Positions 41,946 through 51,536 of a DNA stretch of 64,000 bases are shown one piece after another. The position numbers and the translations under genes are program-made. The stretch spans positions 256,001 to 320,000 of the forward strand of contig CAVQYR010000001.1 in the NCBI GenBank assembly GCA_963718235.1. The letters are read 5' to 3'. The stretch comes from an uncultured Actinomycetota bacterium (lineage in GTDB: Bacteria > Actinomycetota > Actinomycetes > JAHEKZ01). The notes beneath the pieces are model-generated. The model saw nothing but the letters and a program-made list of their open reading frames with translations. It had not been told where the DNA came from and searched no databases. Each line of letters opens with the position of its first letter. Position 1 is the first letter of the stretch.

Positions 41946-42740
41946 GTGACGGCGCACCCCCTGGTCGTGGCGCACCGCGGCGCCTCGGAGACCGCGCCCG
42001 AGCACACCCTGGCCGCCTATCGCGAAGCCATCGAGGCCGGCGCCGACGGGCTCGAGGCCGATGTGCGCCTCACCGCCGACGGTCACCTCGTCTGCGTCCA
42101 CGACCGCCGGGTCGAGCGCACGTCCAACGGCTCCGGCGTGCTCTCGACGCTTCCGCTGTCCGAGCTCGAGCAGCTGGACTTCGGGTCGTGGAAGGACACC
42201 TGGGACGACGACGATGAGCCGGACCTCGACGACCCGGACCGACGCCAGGTCCTCACCTTCGAGCGGCTGCTGTCCCTGGTGCGCGACGCCGACCGAAGGA
42301 TCGAGCTGTTCGTCGAGACCAAGCACCCGACGCGCTACGGCGGCCTGGTCGAGCGGCGTCTCGTGGAGTCGTTGCGCCGCTTCGACCTGCTGCGGCCGCG
42401 CAACGGGCAGCCCAGCCAGGTTTCGCTGATGAGCTTCTCGGAGGTGGCGCTGCGGCGGATGCGGCGGATGGCGTCCGACCTGCCTCTGGTCTACCTGATG
42501 GAGCGGGTGCCGGTGATGTACCGGGCAGGGGCGCTGCCGCGCGGGGTGAGCGTGGCGGGCCCGTCGATCGACGTGGTGCGCAGGTACCCGCAGTACGTCC
42601 GACGCGTTCACGAGGGCGGGGGTCGGGTGTTCGTGTGGACGGTGGACGACCCGGCCGACGTCGTGCTCGCGCAGGAGGTCGGGGTGGAAGCGGTGATCAC
42701 CAACCGCCCACAGGCCGTGCTGCACCAGCTGGGCCGCTGA
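41946..42740 (+). CDS. Glycerophosphodiester phosphodiesterase
   Basis: AHRGAS..PEHT, E.DVRLTADG..VCVHD, VETK, WTVD, ITNRP; GTG 41946 follows a CACAAT -10-like hexamer (ATG 41937 alternative). Confidence 0.92.
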   Translation: MTAHPLVVAHRGASETAPEHTLAAYREAIEAGADGLEADVRLTADGHLVCVHDRRVERTSNGSGVLSTLPLSELEQLDFGSWKDTWDDDDEPDLDDPDRRQVLTFERLLSLVRDADRRIELFVETKHPTRYGGLVERRLVESLRRFDLLRPRNGQPSQVSLMSFSEVALRRMRRMASDLPLVYLMERVPVMYRAGALPRGVSVAGPSIDVVRRYPQYVRRVHEGGGRVFVWTVDDPADVVLAQEVGVEAVITNRPQAVLHQLGR

Positions 42741-42743
42741 CCC
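42728..42743 (+). repeat. Left 16-bp direct repeat GCTGGGCCGCTGACCC (includes the GDPD stop codon)
   Basis: Exact copy at 48378-48393. Confidence 0.85.
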
Positions 42744-42810
42744 ACGACCGCCGGAGACTGCCGTGGCCTATCGTCGTCACGTCAGGCGGGAGCGCGGGAG
42801 GGGGTCAGTC

Positions 42811-45597
42811 ATGACTAGCCCTCTGGTCGCGACCAAGCTGTTCGTTCCACGGCTGCGCCGCAGCGTCGTCCCACGTACGCGACTCACCTCACGGCTTCGC
42901 GGTACTGCCGAGACCAAGCTCACGTTGGTCTCGGCACCTGCAGGCTTCGGCAAGACGACTGCAGTGACGGCCTGGCTGTCAGCGTCGTCGGCCGAGGAGC
43001 ACGCCGTCGCGTGGGTCTCACTGGAGGACGGCGACGATCGCGCGGTCTCGTTCTGGACCTACGTGGCGGCGGCTCTGCAGGTGGCCGTACCTGAGGTCGG
43101 CGCTGGGTTGCTGCCCTTGCTGCAGTCCGGTCAGCATCCCACCCGTTCCTTGCTCACGACACTGGTCAACGAGATCGGGGACCAGGTCGTCGACATCGAT
43201 CTCGTTCTCGATGACTACCACCTCGCCGAGGGCCCCGAAGTGGCCGACGGGATGACCTACCTCCTCGACCACCTGCCGCCCAACCTGCGCATCGTCATCA
43301 GTACCCGCGTGGACCCCGACCTGCCGCTGGCTCGGCTGCGGGCTCACGGCGAGCTCGTCGAGGTCCGTGCTCGCGACCTACGGTTCACCGAGGACGAGAT
43401 CGCCGCCTACCTCACCGACGTCGGCGGTCTCAGCATCGGTGAGCCGGACCTAGCAACGCTCGCCGACAGGACTGAGGGGTGGGCGGCGGCCCTTCAGCTC
43501 GCGACCCTGTCGATGCAGGGTCGCGACGACGTCACGGGTTTCGTCGCTGGCTTTGCCGGGGACGACAGCTACGTTGTCGACTACCTCGTCGACGAGGTGC
43601 TCTCCCGGCAGTCCGACGAGGTGCGACAGTTCCTCCTTCGCACGTCGGTGCTCGAACGTCTCAGTGGCGATGTCTGCGACGCAGTGACCGGCCTCTCCAG
43701 TAGCCGCTCGATGCTCGAGTCGCTCGACAGATCCAACCTCTTCCTCGTGCGGCTCGACGACCGACGGCACTGGTACCGGTACCACCACTTGTTCGCCGAC
43801 GTCCTGCGGGCGCACCTCGACGCCGAAGATCCCGATGAGGCTCCGTTGCTGAACCGACGCGCGGCCGAATGGTACGCGACGGCCGGAGAGACAGTCCCAG
43901 CCGTGCGGCACGCACTGGCTGCCGGCGATATCGATCGTGCCGCAGAGCTCGTCGAGGCTGCCGTGCCCGCCCTGGGCCGAGCCCGCGCCGAGGCGACGCT
44001 GCGTGGCTGGGTCGACAGCTTCCCCCGCGAGGTGATCCGTCGCCGGCCGCTTCTAGCCCTCGGCCTGGTCGGGGGCCTCATGCAGAACAACGAGTTCGGC
44101 CAGGCCCAGGAGTTGCTCGGCGAGGTCGAGCGTTGGCTCCCTGCGATCCGCACGCGACTGGGACTCGCCGCCGATACGGACGACGAACCGGTCGACGGTG
44201 TACCGGGCGCGGCCGATCTGGTCTTCGTCGACCTCGACGCGCTCACGCGCGTTCCGGCGAACGTCGAGATGTACCGCGCGGCGCTAGCACTCGTGCACGG
44301 TGACCCGGCGGGTACGATCCGGCACGCGGAGCGCGTGCGGGTCGAGGCTGTGCCGGACGACAACCTGGCCCTTGGTGCTGCTGCAGCCCTGTCCGGCCTG
44401 GCGAGCTGGGCTACCGGCGACATTGAAGCGGCGTTTCAGCAGTACTCGACGTCGGTGGTCCATCTCCTCCGCGCCGGACACGTTTCAGACGTTCTTGGTT
44501 GCACGATCACGCTGGCGGACCTGCGTATCGCACAAGGCCGGCTCTCGGATGCCCTGAGGGCGTATGACGAGGGGTTGCGGCGTGCCGGCGATGACGTGGC
44601 GCCGTTGCGCGGCGCCGCCGACATGCACACCGGGCTTGCCGAGATCGCCCTCGAGCGAGGAGATCACGAGTCAGCGCGGCAGCATCTGCTGCGCAGCCGA
44701 GAGCTGGGCGACGCCCTCTCTCTGGGCCAGAACCCCTACCGGTTGAGGGCGTCGTCGGCCGCTCTGGCCGAAGCGGACGGCGACCTCGTTGCGGCCCGCG
44801 AACTCCTTGTGGAGGCGGAGCAGGTCTACCTCGGTGACTTCTCGCCCAACGTACGTCCCCTACACGCCCGGATCGCCCGCCTCGACATCGCACTCGACGA
44901 TCTCGACGCCGCGCTCACATGGGTCTCGGAGCACGACGTCACGGCCGACCAGGCGCTTTCCTACGCGCACGAGTTCGAGCATGTCACGCTGGCCGAGGTC
45001 CTGCTCGCGAGGTATCGGCTCGCTGGCGACCTGCTGGCCCTGGGCCAGTCTCGAAACCTCCTGGCACGGCTACTCGTCCAGGCAGAGAGTGGCGGGAGGA
45101 CTGCAACCACCCTCGACGTCCTGGTGCTCATGGCGCTGGGAGCCGACGCGGACCGTGATGTGACGACGGCCGACGCGACCCTGCGCCGCGCTGTGTCTCT
45201 GGCTGAAGTCGATGGTCACATCAGGGTCTTCGCCCGCCACGGTGCACGCCTGGCCCAGATGCTCGAACGGATCCTTGCCGGCAGTCCCTCGCCGTACGTG
45301 AAGCGACTGCTGAGCGCCGTCGCGCGCCGTTCGACGAAGCCGGCCCCACCCGCGGTGCCCAGCTCAACGGCCGTCCAGCGGATGGCCGGACTCGTCGATC
45401 CACTGAGCCCGCGCGAGCTCGAGGTGCTGCGACTGCTGGCCAGTGACCTGAACGGACCAGACATGGCCCGGCACCTCGTGGTCTCGGTGAACACGCTACG
45501 GACCCACACCAAGAACATCTACGCCAAGCTCGGTGTCACCAGCCGGCGTGCTGCCCTGCGCCGCGCACACGAGCTGGGCCTCCCGCTCAGCGGCTGA
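42811..45597 (+). CDS. MalT-like large ATP-binding LuxR-family regulator
   Basis: TKLFVP, APAGFGKT Walker A, LVLDDYH, TEGW, YRYHHLF, C-terminal PLSPRELEVL...NTLRTHTKNIYAKLGV. Confidence 0.93.
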   Translation: MTSPLVATKLFVPRLRRSVVPRTRLTSRLRGTAETKLTLVSAPAGFGKTTAVTAWLSASSAEEHAVAWVSLEDGDDRAVSFWTYVAAALQVAVPEVGAGLLPLLQSGQHPTRSLLTTLVNEIGDQVVDIDLVLDDYHLAEGPEVADGMTYLLDHLPPNLRIVISTRVDPDLPLARLRAHGELVEVRARDLRFTEDEIAAYLTDVGGLSIGEPDLATLADRTEGWAAALQLATLSMQGRDDVTGFVAGFAGDDSYVVDYLVDEVLSRQSDEVRQFLLRTSVLERLSGDVCDAVTGLSSSRSMLESLDRSNLFLVRLDDRRHWYRYHHLFADVLRAHLDAEDPDEAPLLNRRAAEWYATAGETVPAVRHALAAGDIDRAAELVEAAVPALGRARAEATLRGWVDSFPREVIRRRPLLALGLVGGLMQNNEFGQAQELLGEVERWLPAIRTRLGLAADTDDEPVDGVPGAADLVFVDLDALTRVPANVEMYRAALALVHGDPAGTIRHAERVRVEAVPDDNLALGAAAALSGLASWATGDIEAAFQQYSTSVVHLLRAGHVSDVLGCTITLADLRIAQGRLSDALRAYDEGLRRAGDDVAPLRGAADMHTGLAEIALERGDHESARQHLLRSRELGDALSLGQNPYRLRASSAALAEADGDLVAARELLVEAEQVYLGDFSPNVRPLHARIARLDIALDDLDAALTWVSEHDVTADQALSYAHEFEHVTLAEVLLARYRLAGDLLALGQSRNLLARLLVQAESGGRTATTLDVLVLMALGADADRDVTTADATLRRAVSLAEVDGHIRVFARHGARLAQMLERILAGSPSPYVKRLLSAVARRSTKPAPPAVPSSTAVQRMAGLVDPLSPRELEVLRLLASDLNGPDMARHLVVSVNTLRTHTKNIYAKLGVTSRRAALRRAHELGLPLSG

Positions 45598-45625
45598 AGC
45601 GCAGCAGGGCGCCGACTCGCTCGCG

Positions 45626-45669
45626 GAGATCACCACCAAGATCACCAACTGTGGTGATCCGCGCTCACC
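45626..45669. promoter_or_regulatory. 44-bp multi-ATCACC operator, copy 1
   Basis: GAGATCACCACCAAGATCACCAACTGTGGTGATCCGCGCTCACC; 33/44 identical to 47552-47595. Confidence 0.8.
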
Positions 45670-45750
45670 CGCTCACTTCTTACCTTCCTTCTCGACACAC
45701 CGGCCGATCCGCTGTCGCGGACACCGCGCCGACCCGACAGGGGGAGCACC

Positions 45751-46032
45751 GTGGACAAGCCCACCGGACCCACCGGGCAGGACGGGATCCGCTACGCCGT
45801 CCGCCTGGCCGGCCACCTGCACGCGAGGTGGGCGGTGCGCTTCGAGGGCATGAGCCTCACGTATCGCGACGACGGCACGTCCGTGCTCGAGGGGGAGGTC
45901 ACGGACCAAGCCGCGCTGCACGGCGTGCTGCGCACCTTGCTTGGCCTCGGCCTTCCTCTGGTCTCGCTCACCCGGCTCGACGAGCCGGAGCCCACTACAG
46001 ATGTCCAGATCGACACCACAACGGGAGACTGA
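45751..46032 (+). CDS. Small hypothetical protein, possibly ACT-like fold
   Basis: YAVRLAGHL...W...FEG...DQAALHGVL..LGL; GGGGAG RBS. Confidence 0.75.
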   Translation: MDKPTGPTGQDGIRYAVRLAGHLHARWAVRFEGMSLTYRDDGTSVLEGEVTDQAALHGVLRTLLGLGLPLVSLTRLDEPEPTTDVQIDTTTGD

Positions 46033-46033
46033 C

Positions 46034-46768
46034 ATGACCACTACCGCCACGGCTACCGACCTCGCTGCACGACCGACGAGGGACTGGACCCGCGGAAATG
46101 CGCGCGTCGCGGGCATCGCCTACCTCGTGACCTTTGCCGCCTCGATCCCCGCGGTGCTCCTGCTCGGACCGATCCTCAACGACCCCAGCTACATCCTCAC
46201 CGGCAGCGCGGACACGCAGGTCGTCATCGCCTGTCTCCTCGACACCGTCAACGCCATAGCCTGCATCGCCACCGCGGTCGCCGTGTTCCCCGTCGTACGA
46301 CGACAGAACGAGTCGCTGGCCCTGGGATTCGTCACCTCGCGGGTGATGGAGGCCGCCGTCATCATGATCGGCATCGTCAGCCTCCTGGCCGTGGTCACGC
46401 TCCATCAGGACGTCACAGGCGCGACCGGAGCCGACGCTTCGTCACTGCAGGCTACCGGACAGGCCCTCGTCGTCGTTCGAGACTGGACGTTCCTCTTCGG
46501 ACCCAACGTGTGCGCGGCCATCAACGCCCTGCTGTTCGGCACCTTGCTCTACAGGTCGCGCCTCGTGCCCCGCATCATCCCGACCCTGGGCCTGGTCGGA
46601 GCACCCCTACTGCTCACCGCCAGCGCTCTTGCGGTGCTCGGGGTCGCCGAAGTCGGCTCCGCCTGGTTCGTCGGAGTGCTGCCCATCGCCGTCTGGGAGT
46701 TCTCCGTCGGCTGCTACATGGCGTTCAAGGGCTTCCGCCCTTCGGCTGTGACCGCGATCGCCCTCTGA
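46034..46768 (+). CDS. DUF4386-like multi-pass membrane protein
   Basis: ARVAGIAYL, LYRSRLVPR, PIAVWEF..G.Y..FKGF; GGGAGA RBS. Confidence 0.8.
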   Translation: MTTTATATDLAARPTRDWTRGNARVAGIAYLVTFAASIPAVLLLGPILNDPSYILTGSADTQVVIACLLDTVNAIACIATAVAVFPVVRRQNESLALGFVTSRVMEAAVIMIGIVSLLAVVTLHQDVTGATGADASSLQATGQALVVVRDWTFLFGPNVCAAINALLFGTLLYRSRLVPRIIPTLGLVGAPLLLTASALAVLGVAEVGSAWFVGVLPIAVWEFSVGCYMAFKGFRPSAVTAIAL

Positions 46769-46771
46769 CCC

Positions 46772-47018
46772 CTCGTCGCGTGACAGGCTTCCTGGGCCCA
46801 AACGGCGCCGGCCAGTCCACGACGATGCGCATCATCGTCGGCCTGACATCACCGACCTCAGGCGTCGCCCAGATCATGGGTCGGCGCTTCGCCGACCTAC
46901 CCAACCCCGGCCGCGAGGTAGGTGTCCTCCTCGACGCTCCTGCCCAGCACGCCGGCCGCACAGGGCGTGAGGTCCTCACCCTCGCTGCACGCACGATGGG
47001 CCTCCCGTCGGGCCGGGT
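46772..47018 (+). pseudogene. Internal fragment of an ABC transporter ATP-binding protein
   Basis: RVTGFLGPNGAGQSTTMR (Walker A Lys replaced by Gln)...VGVLLDA..H.GRTGR; no start or C-terminus. Confidence 0.8.
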
Positions 47019-47474
47019 GCCGTCGTCAGCCAGCGCAACGTCGACCTTGCACATGATCTGGGCGCCGAGCGGGTCGTCGACTACAGCGTCGCCGACTTCA
47101 CAGAGTCTGCGGAGCAGTACGACGTCGTGCTCGACCTCGTCGGCAACCGGGGTCTCGATGACCTCCGGCGTGCTGCCCGTCATGGAGGCTCGCTTGTCCT
47201 CTCCGGCGGCGGGGTGCCGGGCACGGGGCGAGTTGTCGGCCCGTTCCGACTTCTCGTGCGGGCCCAACTCGCAGCACGTCGCTCCGAGGTCCGGATCCAG
47301 GTTCCGAAAGGCGCCCCGACGACCGATCGGTTCCAGCGACTGGCTGAGCTGGTTGGGTCTGGGCAGGTGACCCCCGTCATCGACCGCACGTACCCACTCG
47401 AGCGGGTCGCCGCCGCCGTGACCTACGTGGAGACGGTGCATCCGCAGGGCAAGGTCGTCATCCGGATGACCTGA
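47019..47474 (+). pseudogene. C-terminal fragment of an MDR-family NAD(P)-dependent alcohol dehydrogenase
   Basis: SQRNVDL..DLGAERVVDY..DF....YDVVLDLVG...PVIDRTYPL...GKVVI; N-terminal half missing. Confidence 0.8.
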
Positions 47475-47551
47475 CTGTCCGCCGCTTGTGGACTGTGCTC
47501 CCTCTCAGCCGGCGCCACCGTGCCTCCTGCGCGTGGTTCGTGCCATGTCGA

Positions 47552-47595
47552 GAGATCACCAAGCCGATCACCTCACCTGGTGATGTGCGCTCACC
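47552..47595. promoter_or_regulatory. 44-bp multi-ATCACC operator, copy 2
   Basis: GAGATCACCAAGCCGATCACCTCACCTGGTGATGTGCGCTCACC. Confidence 0.8.
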
Positions 47596-47664
47596 ATCCC
47601 GATTCGTAGCGTCCCGACATCGCCGAGCGCTCAGCCCGGCCAACCGGCACGAAGGAGAACCCAC

Positions 47665-48366
47665 ATGACGATCACCCCTGCAAGCCTCATCCGAGCTTCC
47701 GGGCTGGCTGCCGCGGCCGCCGGCGCCATCTTCATTGGCGTTCAGGTCGGACACCCGCCGATGGATGTCGCAGTCGTCGACAGTGCGGACTGGGTGATCC
47801 GCAGCATCGCAAAGGTTGTGATGAGTGGCTTGGCGCTGGCCGGCATCACCGCGTTGTACGCACGTCAGGTCCGTCAGGTCGGGGTCCTCGGGCTGGTGGG
47901 CTACCTGCTCTTCGCGACCGCGTACCTGCTCATGCTGCCCGTTGAGATGATCGCAGCATTCGTCCTGCCGTCGTTGAGCCACGTTGCCCCCGAGTTCGTC
48001 GGCGACGTCCTGCTCGCCGCTTTCGGCGGCAGCCCGAACGGCGACCTGAGCCTGCTGCCTGCCTATCTGGCGGTCACCGGGCTCTTCTTCACGGTCGGCG
48101 GAGCGGTGTTCGGCATCGCGCTGTTCCGCGCTGCGATCGTCGCTCGCTGGGCGGCTGCTCTGCTTGCGATGAGCACCACCGCGACCCTTCTGCTTGCGGT
48201 GCTCCCCGACTCGCTCAACCGGCCGATGGCGGTCCCGACCGGCGTGGCGCTCGTCGGCCTCGGAGTGTCGCTGTGGCGTGGCAGGGACGACGACGGCAAC
48301 GCAGCGGTTGGGACGCGTTCCACCGAGACATCGGTGACGGTCACATCTGCACCGGCGGTCCCTTGA
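47665..48366 (+). CDS. Hypothetical multi-pass membrane protein
   Basis: AAGGAG RBS, about 6 hydrophobic segments. Confidence 0.78.
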   Translation: MTITPASLIRASGLAAAAAGAIFIGVQVGHPPMDVAVVDSADWVIRSIAKVVMSGLALAGITALYARQVRQVGVLGLVGYLLFATAYLLMLPVEMIAAFVLPSLSHVAPEFVGDVLLAAFGGSPNGDLSLLPAYLAVTGLFFTVGGAVFGIALFRAAIVARWAAALLAMSTTATLLLAVLPDSLNRPMAVPTGVALVGLGVSLWRGRDDDGNAAVGTRSTETSVTVTSAPAVP

Positions 48367-48377
48367 GCCTGCTCCAC

Positions 48378-48393
48378 GCTGGGCCGCTGACCC
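48378..48393 (+). repeat. Right 16-bp direct repeat GCTGGGCCGCTGACCC
   Basis: Exact copy of 42728-42743. Confidence 0.85.
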
Positions 48394-48412
48394 GACGGCT
48401 TAGGCTTCGAGG

Positions 48413-49363
48413 ATGGGTCAGCGATCGGCGCGAGGCGCCACAGGTACGTCCGAGGTCGAGGTCGCAGTGGTCGGGCTGCGCGAGCCGTGCCCGTGCGGCT
48501 CGGGTCGTCGGTACAAGGCCTGTCACGGGCGGGCGGCCGCCCGGCAGGAGCACGTGCGCGTCCTGCGCCCCTTCGAGGGGCTGGCTGGCGAGGCCGACTG
48601 GGTGGCCATGCGCGAGCTCGTGCCGGCGGGCACGGCCGCGCTCACGCTGGTCGGCGACCATGCCGACCGCCAGGTGACGCTGGCGACGGTCTTGCCGATG
48701 GCCTGGCCGGCGATGGTCCGACCCGATGGCCGCATCCTGCTGGCCACACAGCTCCAGACCTCCTCCGCCGACGTGTCCCGCGAGCTCGGCGACGCCCTGG
48801 CCAGGGCTCTCCAGCTCGACGGGGGTGGCGCGGTGCCGCCGCGGCCGGTCCCGGCGGAGGCGCCGCGCCTGCAGGGGTTGCTCGACGTCGACGCGCCGCT
48901 GCACGTCGTCGTCCACTCCGGGTTCGACTACTGGCTCGACGAGAGCGAGGACGTCGACGACGACACCCGGGCGTCGCTGGAGCGGGCCAACGAGGCCGTG
49001 ACCCCCACCGCACGGCTCGCTGGGGTCGAGGCCGCGTACTGGGTGTCCTTGGGCGGCCGCCGGCAGGTCCGGTGGGTGTTGCCCCAGCCCGAGGACGACG
49101 TCGTCGACGCGTTCGCCCGGCTCGAGGCGGCCGGCACCCTGGCGGTGCTGCCGGAGTCGCGTTACCTCGGGTCGTTTCGTGCGCTCGGGCTGGCGATCCC
49201 GGTGTGGGACCTGCCCGACGACACGGAGGTGGACGACGTCGAGGAGCCCGCGATCGCCTTCGCCGCCCGCCTCGCTGAGGCGCTGGGCGAGACTGCGCCG
49301 CTCACCGCTGACGAGCGACGGGCCCGATCTGCGGTCCGGGCCAGGCAGCTCACCGTGCAGTAA
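48413..49363 (+). CDS. DUF5926-like protein with SEC-C motif
   Basis: PCPCGSGRRYKACHG, RPFEGL..E.DWVAMRE, FRALGL.IPVWDL; TAGGCT 6 nt before ATG. Confidence 0.85.
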   Translation: MGQRSARGATGTSEVEVAVVGLREPCPCGSGRRYKACHGRAAARQEHVRVLRPFEGLAGEADWVAMRELVPAGTAALTLVGDHADRQVTLATVLPMAWPAMVRPDGRILLATQLQTSSADVSRELGDALARALQLDGGGAVPPRPVPAEAPRLQGLLDVDAPLHVVVHSGFDYWLDESEDVDDDTRASLERANEAVTPTARLAGVEAAYWVSLGGRRQVRWVLPQPEDDVVDAFARLEAAGTLAVLPESRYLGSFRALGLAIPVWDLPDDTEVDDVEEPAIAFAARLAEALGETAPLTADERRARSAVRARQLTVQ

Positions 49364-49458
49364 GCGCGCTGCCGGTAGGGGCGGAGCTCCCCTAGTGTTC
49401 CCCCAGTGTTGTCGCGGGGCTCGCTCGGTCCCGCCCAGGAACGGAGAGGCTCGGGGCC

Positions 49459-51450
49459 ATGGAGTTCGCGCACTTCCACGCGTTGGGCAAGACGCCGTCG
49501 TCGGCGACATCGGCCGTGCGCGTGGCGCAGAGAGCGCAGCTGCCGTTCGATGATGAGCGTGACTTCGACGAGGCACGCCGGGGTTTCCTCGCAGCTCCGC
49601 CGTACCGGCAGATCATGGCTGAGGCCGGTCACGTCGCCTGGGACATGGGCAGCTACGACTTCTTGCTCTCGGGCAACGACTTCGAGTCGATCCACCCGTC
49701 GCTGCAGCGTCAGGCGATCCTCAACATGGAGTACGGCCTGTTCGAGGTCGTCCCGGACCGGATCTACCAGGTGCGTGGCTTCGACCTGGCGAACATCTCC
49801 TTCATCCGTTCCGACACCGGATGGATCGTCTTCGACCCGCTGACGGCGAAAGAGACCGCAGCAGCCGCGCTGGCGCTGGTGAACGAGCAGCTGGGTGCCA
49901 GGCCCGTGGTGGCGGTGGTGTACTCCCACTCTCACGGGGACCACTTCGGTGGCGCGCACGGCGTCGTGGACGAGGCCGACGTCCGCTCGGGAAAGGTCCC
50001 GGTCATCGCACCGGTGGGGTTCCTCGAGCACGCGGTCGCCGAGAACGTGTATGCCGGCAACGCGATGAACCGGCGCATGTTCTACCAGTACGGCTCGTTG
50101 CTCGACCGAAGCCCGTTCGGTCACGTGGACCAAGCGATCGGCAAGGGTGTCGCCGCCGGCACCTCGGGGCTCATCCCTCCCACGATCGACATCGTGGAGG
50201 ACATCGAGGAGCGCACGATCGATGGCGTTCGCATGGTGTTCCAGAACACGCCGGGCACCGAGGCCCCGGCCGAGATGAACACCTGGTTCCCCGATCACCG
50301 GGCGTTCTGGGCGGCGGAGAACATCGTCGCGACGGTCCACAACATCTACACCCTGCGCGGCGCCCTCGTGCGCGACGCCCTGGAGTGGTCGCGCCAGATC
50401 AACAAGGCCCTCTACCTGTTCGGGGACGACGCCGAAGTCATGTTCGCCTCGCACACCTGGCCGAGATGGGGCAACGAGCGCATCCGCGAGGTCATGCGCA
50501 CCCAGCGAGACGTATACGCCCACCTGAACAACGGCGTGATGCACCTGGCCAACCAGGGGGTCACGATCAACGAGATCCACCGGGTCTACCAGGTCCCGGA
50601 GTCGCTGCAGAACAGCTGGGCTGCGCGCAGCTACCACGGGTCCGTGGAGCACAACTCCCGCGCGGTGATCAACCGTTACCTCGGATACTGGGATGGCAAC
50701 CCGGCCACCCTGATCCCGCTGGCGCCGCGGGAGTCCGCGCCGCTGTACGTGGAGATGATGGGCGGCGCCGACACCATCGTGAGCCGGGCGCAGCAGCTGT
50801 TCGAGGCCGGTGACTACCTGCTGGCGGTCGAGGTCCTCAACCGGCTCGTCTACGCGGAGCCGGAGCACGTGGCAGGGCGCCGGCTGCTCGCCGACGCCTT
50901 CGAGCAGATCGGCTACCAGCAGGAGAGCCCCAGCGTGCGCAACAGCTTCCTCGCCGCCGCCCTGGAGCTGCGGTCCGGCATACCCGCTGGTGCCGCCCCC
51001 AACAGCACGGGGCCCGATCTGGTCCGTGCTCTCAGCACGCTGCAGTTCCTGGACTATCTCGGGATCCGGCTGGACTCCGCCGCAGTGGGCGACGCCGCCT
51101 TCGTGATGAACCTGGTGACGCCGGACAACGGGGAGCGCTTCGTCGTGGAGCTGAGCAACGGCACCCTGACCAGCCTGCAGGGCTTCTTGTCCTCCACGCC
51201 GGATCTCACGCTGACGATCAACCGGGCAGACCTGGAGAAGGCGATGATCGGGGTCGTCCCGTTGCAGCAGCAGGTGGCCAGCGGAACCGCGGTGCTGGAG
51301 GGGGACGCGAGCATCCTGCTCACGCTCGCCGGCGTGTTGACGCAGTTCGAACCCACCTTCGCCATCATGCCCGGCACCACTCCCGACGCAGCCGCGGTAC
51401 CGGCGGACGCGTTCGCATACCGCGATCTCGGCGACAGCACTGGTGGCTGA
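49459..51450 (+). CDS. Alkyl/aryl sulfatase (SdsA1/BDS1-type MBL fold with SCP2-like C-terminus)
   Basis: HPSL.RQA.LN, VRGFDLAN, YSHSHGDHFGG, PGTEAPAEM, HNIYTLRGA.VRD, YHGSV.HN. Confidence 0.92.
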   Translation: MEFAHFHALGKTPSSATSAVRVAQRAQLPFDDERDFDEARRGFLAAPPYRQIMAEAGHVAWDMGSYDFLLSGNDFESIHPSLQRQAILNMEYGLFEVVPDRIYQVRGFDLANISFIRSDTGWIVFDPLTAKETAAAALALVNEQLGARPVVAVVYSHSHGDHFGGAHGVVDEADVRSGKVPVIAPVGFLEHAVAENVYAGNAMNRRMFYQYGSLLDRSPFGHVDQAIGKGVAAGTSGLIPPTIDIVEDIEERTIDGVRMVFQNTPGTEAPAEMNTWFPDHRAFWAAENIVATVHNIYTLRGALVRDALEWSRQINKALYLFGDDAEVMFASHTWPRWGNERIREVMRTQRDVYAHLNNGVMHLANQGVTINEIHRVYQVPESLQNSWAARSYHGSVEHNSRAVINRYLGYWDGNPATLIPLAPRESAPLYVEMMGGADTIVSRAQQLFEAGDYLLAVEVLNRLVYAEPEHVAGRRLLADAFEQIGYQQESPSVRNSFLAAALELRSGIPAGAAPNSTGPDLVRALSTLQFLDYLGIRLDSAAVGDAAFVMNLVTPDNGERFVVELSNGTLTSLQGFLSSTPDLTLTINRADLEKAMIGVVPLQQQVASGTAVLEGDASILLTLAGVLTQFEPTFAIMPGTTPDAAAVPADAFAYRDLGDSTGG

Positions 51451-51536
51451 CCGTCCACGGCTGCGCGGGCTGGTCGGCCCCACCCGGCTGCGGCCGGACC
51501 TCTGCGCGCAGCGGCAGCGTCTCGCCACGGACGTCG

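Larger units (their letters stand above)
42744..48393. mobile_element. Putative decayed genomic island bounded by direct repeats, no integrase
   Basis: 16-bp flanking repeats, visibly more A/T-ending codons than core genes, internal gene remnants. Confidence 0.65.
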
